From the IMG/VR virus record IMGVR_UViG_2695420458_000022: a stretch of 2,424 bases of DNA. One strand, written 5' to 3'. This document shows, one piece after another, positions 1 to 2,424 of this stretch. The notes beneath the pieces are model-generated. The model was not told the DNA's origin. It saw nothing but the letters and a program-made list of their open reading frames with translations, and ran no database searches. Numbering within the stretch: the first letter of the stretch is position 1; every line of letters begins with the position of its first letter. Position numbers and translations under genes: made by a program. Source of the DNA: a virus. Taxonomy: Duplodnaviria; Heunggongvirae; Uroviricota; Caudoviricetes.

Positions 1-192
1 ATGCACAAAGCATCTCCTGTTGAGTTAAGAACGAGTATCGAGATGGCACATAGCCTTGCTCAAATTGGAATCAGGTTTGTGCCAATACCAGTAGAAACAG
101 ACGAAGAATTTCATACGTTAGCCACATCCCTTTCACAAAAACTGGAAATGATGGTGGCGAAAGCAGAAGCAGATGAGAGAGACCAGGTATGA
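1..192 (+). CDS. Hypothetical small acidic phage protein (63 aa); may be complete or 5'-truncated at the window edge
   Basis: Open frame from position 1 (ATG) to TGA at 190-192. Same strand and tight spacing as downstream genes; its stop overlaps an ATG at 189-191. No family recognised by eye. The window starts exactly on this ATG, so upstream context is not visible. Confidence 0.5.
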   Translation: MHKASPVELRTSIEMAHSLAQIGIRFVPIPVETDEEFHTLATSLSQKLEMMVAKAEADERDQV

Positions 193-272
193 CAACCACT
201 GAATGCATTTTTCTGGCAGCGGGCTTCATATTCTGTGTGCTTATGCTTGCCGACATGGGGCTTGTTCAATGA
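189..272 (+). CDS. Putative 27-aa hydrophobic mini-protein (MTTTECIFLAAGFIFCVLMLADMGLVQ), single predicted transmembrane helix; not in the supplied ORF track
   Basis: ATG 189-191 overlaps the upstream stop TGA 190-192, and its own stop TGA 270-272 overlaps ATG 269-271 of the next gene (double ATGA coupling). Purine-rich GAGAGAGA/AGGT lies just upstream. About 20 consecutive hydrophobic residues. Competes with the alternative 203 start of the next gene. Confidence 0.3.
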   Translation: MTTTECIFLAAGFIFCVLMLADMGLVQ

Positions 273-484
273 CACCTCAGCAAGAAAACGCCCTTCGCAG
301 CATTGCCCGTCAGGCTAATTCTGAAATCAAAAAAGCCAGACAGCAGTTTCCGGATAAAAACGTCGATGACATTTGCCGTAGCGTACTGAAGAAGCACCGC
401 GAAACGGTAACGCTGATGGGATTCACACCGACTCATTTAAGCCTGGCGATCGGCATGTTAAACGGCGTCTTTAAGGAACGGTGA
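269..484 (+). CDS. Hypothetical phage protein, about 72 aa, predicted helical and basic (MTPQQENALRSIARQANSEIKKARQQ...). Alternative start ATG 203 would give the 93-aa form with a Cys/His-rich N-terminus (CAYACRHGAC)
   Basis: Open frame ending TGA 482-484. ATG 269 overlaps the stop of the mini-ORF in an ATGA arrangement. No strong Shine-Dalgarno before either 203 or 269, so start choice is uncertain. No family recognised by eye. Confidence 0.6.
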   Translation: MTPQQENALRSIARQANSEIKKARQQFPDKNVDDICRSVLKKHRETVTLMGFTPTHLSLAIGMLNGVFKER

Positions 485-506
485 GCATGAAAAACAAAAT
501 CATCAT

Positions 507-527
507 GGAGCTACAGGCTCCTTTTTT
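507..527 (+). terminator. Weak terminator-like or attenuator-like hairpin: GGAGC-tacag-GCTCC followed by TTTTTT
   Basis: 5-bp GC-rich stem (507-511 / 517-521), 5-nt loop, then a 6-T run (522-527) in the 98-bp gap between the stop at 484 and the start at 583. The stem is short, and the region is also covered by a possible 29-aa ORF (487-576). Confidence 0.3.
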
Positions 528-582
528 ATTATTCGCATTCACCCTCAAGCGTATTAACCAACAATTCAGGGATTAATGAAAG

Positions 583-804
583 ATGGCAGACATCATTGAT
601 TCAGCATCAGAAATTGAAGAATTACAGCGCAACACAGCAATAAAAATGCGCCGCCTGGACCACCAGGCTATATCTGCCACTCATTGTTGTGAGTGTGGCG
701 ATCCCATAGATGAGCGAAGACGCCTGGCCGTTCAGGGTTGTCGGACTTGTGCAAGTTGCCAGGAAGTTCTGGAGCTTATCAGTAAACAGAGAGGTTCGAA
801 GTGA
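583..804 (+). CDS. TraR/DksA-family C4-type zinc-finger protein (73 aa), phage-type RNA-polymerase secondary-channel regulator
   Basis: Translation contains C35-x2-C38-x17-C56-x2-C59, the exact Cx2Cx17Cx2C spacing of TraR/DksA C4 zinc fingers (nt 685-759), preceded by an acidic and amphipathic N-terminal helix region. Length matches the 73-aa TraR-like proteins of F plasmid and lambdoid phages. Stop TGA 802-804 overlaps the next start. Confidence 0.9.
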   Translation: MADIIDSASEIEELQRNTAIKMRRLDHQAISATHCCECGDPIDERRRLAVQGCRTCASCQEVLELISKQRGSK

Positions 805-1172
805 GCGAAATTAACTCTCAGGCACTGCGTGAAGCGGCAGAGCAGGCAATGCATGACAACTGGGGATTTGACGCGGACCTTTTCCATGAGCTGGTAACAC
901 CATCGATTGTGCTGGCACTGCTGGATGAACGGGAAAGAAACCAGCAATACATCAAACGCCGCGACAAGGAGAACGAGGATATTGCACTAACGGTAGGGAG
1001 GCTGCGCGTTGAGCTGGAAGGCAAACACAGGCGCATTACTGAGCTGACAATGTGGATTAAGCGACTGAGTTCCTCTCTCAAAAACGCAAAACCAGACAGC
1101 AAGTTGCCGGATGACGCAATGATCTGGCTAAATAATGAAGGGCTTACCAGTATAGAGGATATTTTACGATGA
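801..1172 (+). CDS. Coiled-coil phage protein (123 aa), possibly ead/Ea22-like family (assignment tentative)
   Basis: GTG start at 801 overlaps the TraR-like stop (GTGA), with Shine-Dalgarno GAGG at 791-794, 6 nt upstream. An in-frame ATG at 849 is an alternative start. Central heptad-like charged segment (ERERNQQYIKRRDKENEDIALTVGRLRVELEGKHRRITEL). Stop TGA 1170-1172 overlaps the next start. The antisense ORF 818-1102 is Ser-rich low complexity, typical of the opposite strand of a coiled-coil gene. Confidence 0.75.
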   Translation: MSEINSQALREAAEQAMHDNWGFDADLFHELVTPSIVLALLDERERNQQYIKRRDKENEDIALTVGRLRVELEGKHRRITELTMWIKRLSSSLKNAKPDSKLPDDAMIWLNNEGLTSIEDILR

Positions 1173-1816
1173 GCACTTTTACCATGGAATGGCTACAAAA
1201 TACGATTACCAGTATTGAGTCAGCACGAGATGAAATGCCATTCGGACTCGATAACGATCAAGCACACATGCTTACAGCATTTAAAATCGCTCTCGCCTCA
1301 CTGGAACGCGAGCGGGTTCGCCACGAGCATGCCAAATGGTCTGACTCCACATTTGGCTGCGTTGGCCCCATTGGTCCACTGAAACACCTCTCAAAAGAGG
1401 CTCTGGAAGCCGCAGCCGAACCTGACGATCTCAGCGAGTGGGCTGATATGCAGTTCCTGTTGTGGGATGCACAGCGCCGTGCCGGTATCAGTGATGCTGA
1501 AATTACCGCTGCTATGGAAAATAAATTGAAGATCAACATGGAGCGTCAGTGGCCTGAACCAAAAGATGGTGAGCCTCGTTTGCACATTAAAGAACCCGGC
1601 AACTCTCCGGTAACTCCGGATGGTTGGATAAGCTGTAGTGAGCTAATGCCAGATGATGGTCAGCACGTAATTATTTTATGTGATGGCGCATTCGTTCTTT
1701 ATGCGCAATATCGAGACGGAGAGTTTTTCGATATTGTCCGCAATGGTGATGAATTTTTCGAAACACAGAGTCGCAATGTAACCGACTGGATGCAACTACC
1801 AGAACCTCCTCTTTGA
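1169..1816 (+). CDS. Two-domain phage protein (215 aa): N-terminal MazG-like nucleotide pyrophosphohydrolase (DUF550-type, dATP/dGTP diphosphohydrolase-like) fused to C-terminal DUF551
   Basis: ATG 1169 overlaps the upstream stop (ATGA); Shine-Dalgarno AGAGGA at 1154-1159. N-terminal half has a MazG-like acidic helix signature (KEALEAAAEPDDLSEWADMQFLLWDAQRRAGISDAEITAAMENKLKINMERQW, about nt 1400-1552). C-terminal about 60 aa (WISCSELMPDDGQHVIILCDGAFVLYAQYRDGEFFDIVRNGDEFFETQSRNVTDWMQLPEPP, nt 1625-1813) matches the DUF551 pattern with the terminal W-M-x-LPEPP motif. A Pro-rich linker separates the domains. Ends with tandem stops TGA-TAG. Confidence 0.88.
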   Translation: MSTFTMEWLQNTITSIESARDEMPFGLDNDQAHMLTAFKIALASLERERVRHEHAKWSDSTFGCVGPIGPLKHLSKEALEAAAEPDDLSEWADMQFLLWDAQRRAGISDAEITAAMENKLKINMERQWPEPKDGEPRLHIKEPGNSPVTPDGWISCSELMPDDGQHVIILCDGAFVLYAQYRDGEFFDIVRNGDEFFETQSRNVTDWMQLPEPPL

Positions 1817-1912
1817 TAGCTAAGCTTATACATATCTTTTACATCAGCAATCTATTGTTAATCTCCAATCAATGTTACGTTGTCATCTCTCTCATGCTTT
1901 GGAGGTAGTGAT

Positions 1913-2092
1913 ATGTCTTGTCCAAAATGCGGTTCTGGAAATATTGCAAAAGAAAAAACAATGCGTGGATGGTCTGATGATTATGTGTGCTGCGATTGCG
2001 GATACAACGACTCTAAAGACGTATTTGGAGAGCGTGGTAAAAACGATTTTGTCAAAATTAATAAAGAACGCGAAGGCAACGAAAAAAGCTAA
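1913..2092 (+). CDS. Small Cys4 zinc-ribbon protein (59 aa) with a Lys/Glu-rich C-terminal tail; function unknown
   Basis: Strong Shine-Dalgarno GGAGG at 1901-1905, 7 nt before ATG 1913. Translation MSCPKCGSG...VCCDCGYN gives C3-x2-C6 ... C26-x2-C29, a classic zinc ribbon. The ORF track's 1880 start adds 11 residues with no ribosome-binding site. The overlapping alternative-frame ORF 1872-2111 lacks both RBS and motifs. Separated from the upstream operon by a 96-bp AT-rich spacer. Confidence 0.75.
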   Translation: MSCPKCGSGNIAKEKTMRGWSDDYVCCDCGYNDSKDVFGERGKNDFVKINKEREGNEKS

Positions 2093-2155
2093 TTTATTTA
2101 TTCATATATGAAAACAATGTAACCAATATTCGAATTGAAGAACTGAAAGAACACC

Positions 2156-2180
2156 AAGCCGCCTGATGGCGGTTTTTTCT
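2156..2180 (+). terminator. Rho-independent (intrinsic) terminator
   Basis: GC-rich stem CCGCC (2159-2163) / GGCGG (2168-2172) with 4-nt loop TGAT, extendable by a G-U and two A-U pairs, followed immediately by TTTTTTCT (2173-2180). Located 64 nt after the zinc-ribbon gene stop and 44 nt before the next start. Confidence 0.75.
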
Positions 2181-2223
2181 TGCCTGATTTGCAGGTTCGA
2201 TTCCCTATTCGGAGATAGCACTC

Positions 2224-2424
2224 ATGCAACACGAACTACAACCTGATTCACTGGTTGATTTGAAATTCATCATGGCCGATACTGGCTTTGGTAAAACCTT
2301 CATCTACGACCGGATTAAGTCCGGCGACCTGCCAAAAGCCAAAGTTATCCACGGTCGAGCAAGATGGTTATATCGTGACCATTGTGAATTCAAAAATAAG
2401 CTCTTAAGCCGCGCCAATGGGTAA
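2224..2424 (+). CDS. AlpA-family phage transcriptional regulator / excisionase-like (Xis/Vis-type) protein (66 aa)
   Basis: Shine-Dalgarno GGAGA at 2211-2215, 8 nt before ATG 2224. Translation carries the AlpA-type helix-turn-helix signature (DLKFIMADTGFGKTFIYDRIKSGDLPKAKVIHGRARWLYRDH, matching the family pattern TG-x-S/G-x3-IY-x2-I-x2-G-x-F/LP-x-P/A-x4-G-x-R-x2-W). Size is typical for the family. Stop TAA at 2422-2424. Confidence 0.85.
   Translation: MQHELQPDSLVDLKFIMADTGFGKTFIYDRIKSGDLPKAKVIHGRARWLYRDHCEFKNKLLSRANG

Noticed and set aside
71-256. Minus-strand ORF, 61 aa
   Set aside because: Lies entirely antisense to + strand genes that are linked by overlapping stop/start codons; no RBS or recognisable motif seen. 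Treated as a chance open frame.
203-268. ATG 203 as the start of the 269-484 gene (93-aa form from the ORF track)
   Set aside because: Not fully rejected. It has no RBS, and the 269 start is embedded in an ATGA overlap with the 189-272 mini-ORF. Kept as an alternative because the extension contains a C-x3-C-x-H-x2-C cluster that could be a real metal site.
732-947. Minus-strand ORF, 71 aa
   Set aside because: Antisense to the well-supported TraR-like and coiled-coil genes; no family signature.
818-1102. Minus-strand ORF, 94 aa, Ser-rich
   Set aside because: Low-complexity Ser/Leu-rich translation typical of the antisense strand of a coiled-coil-coding sequence; fully inside the 801-1172 gene.
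1258-1585. Two minus-strand ORFs (1258-1539, 93 aa; 1391-1585, 64 aa)
   Set aside because: Both lie antisense inside the DUF550/DUF551 gene, which carries recognisable domain signatures. No independent support.
1813-1912. Candidate sigma70 promoter for the zinc-ribbon gene (TTGATA at 1813-1818, TTTACA at 1838-1843, TTGTTA at 1855-1860) and palindromes TAGCTA / TAAGCTTA at 1817-1828
   Set aside because: None of the -35-like hexamers has a convincing -10 hexamer at 16-18 bp spacing. The palindromes are short and contain a common restriction-site motif. Not enough to call a promoter or operator.
1872-2111. Alternative + frame ORF (79 aa) overlapping the zinc-ribbon gene
   Set aside because: No Shine-Dalgarno before its ATG and a featureless translation, whereas the other frame has GGAGG 7 nt upstream and paired CxxC motifs. 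Only one of the two is likely translated.
2093-2155. AT-rich segment upstream of the terminator as a possible promoter for the AlpA-like gene
   Set aside because: Best -35/-10 pairing (TTCATA ... CAATAT) is weak, and any promoter here would fire into the terminator. No call made.
2194-2204. GGTTCGATTCC, a 10/11 match to the tRNA T-loop consensus, suggesting a tRNA 3' fragment or att remnant
   Set aside because: Flanking bases cannot form the T-stem (only 2 of 5 pairs), there is no acceptor-stem or CCA context, and it sits between two genes rather than at an element end. Most likely chance, though worth rechecking if an att site is found nearby.

Overview
All credible coding is on the + strand. 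A compact run of small genes is joined by four overlapping stop/start junctions (ATGA at 189-192 and 269-272, GTGA at 801-804, ATGA at 1169-1172), so most of the window reads as one translationally coupled operon. It is followed by an AT-rich spacer, a separately initiated small zinc-ribbon gene, a clear intrinsic terminator, and an AlpA/Xis-family gene whose stop codon is the last triplet of the window. Recognisable products are a TraR/DksA-type C4 zinc-finger protein (73 aa), a coiled-coil protein, a MazG-like (DUF550-type) nucleotide pyrophosphohydrolase fused to a DUF551 domain, a 59-aa Cys4 zinc-ribbon protein and an AlpA-family excisionase/regulator. The gene content and order (accessory small genes, then terminator, then xis-like gene) fit the accessory region just upstream of xis/int in a lambdoid prophage or related integrative element of an enterobacterium; this is inference, and an integrase would be expected beyond position 2424. 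No rRNA, tRNA, CRISPR array or transposase is present. Nothing can be shown to be a new system from sequence alone. The best candidates for uncharacterised biology are the coupled TraR-like / coiled-coil / MazG-DUF551 trio, two mini-ORFs absent from the supplied ORF track, and the orphan zinc-ribbon gene. All family assignments are from motif recognition by eye and need an HMM or BLAST search to confirm.
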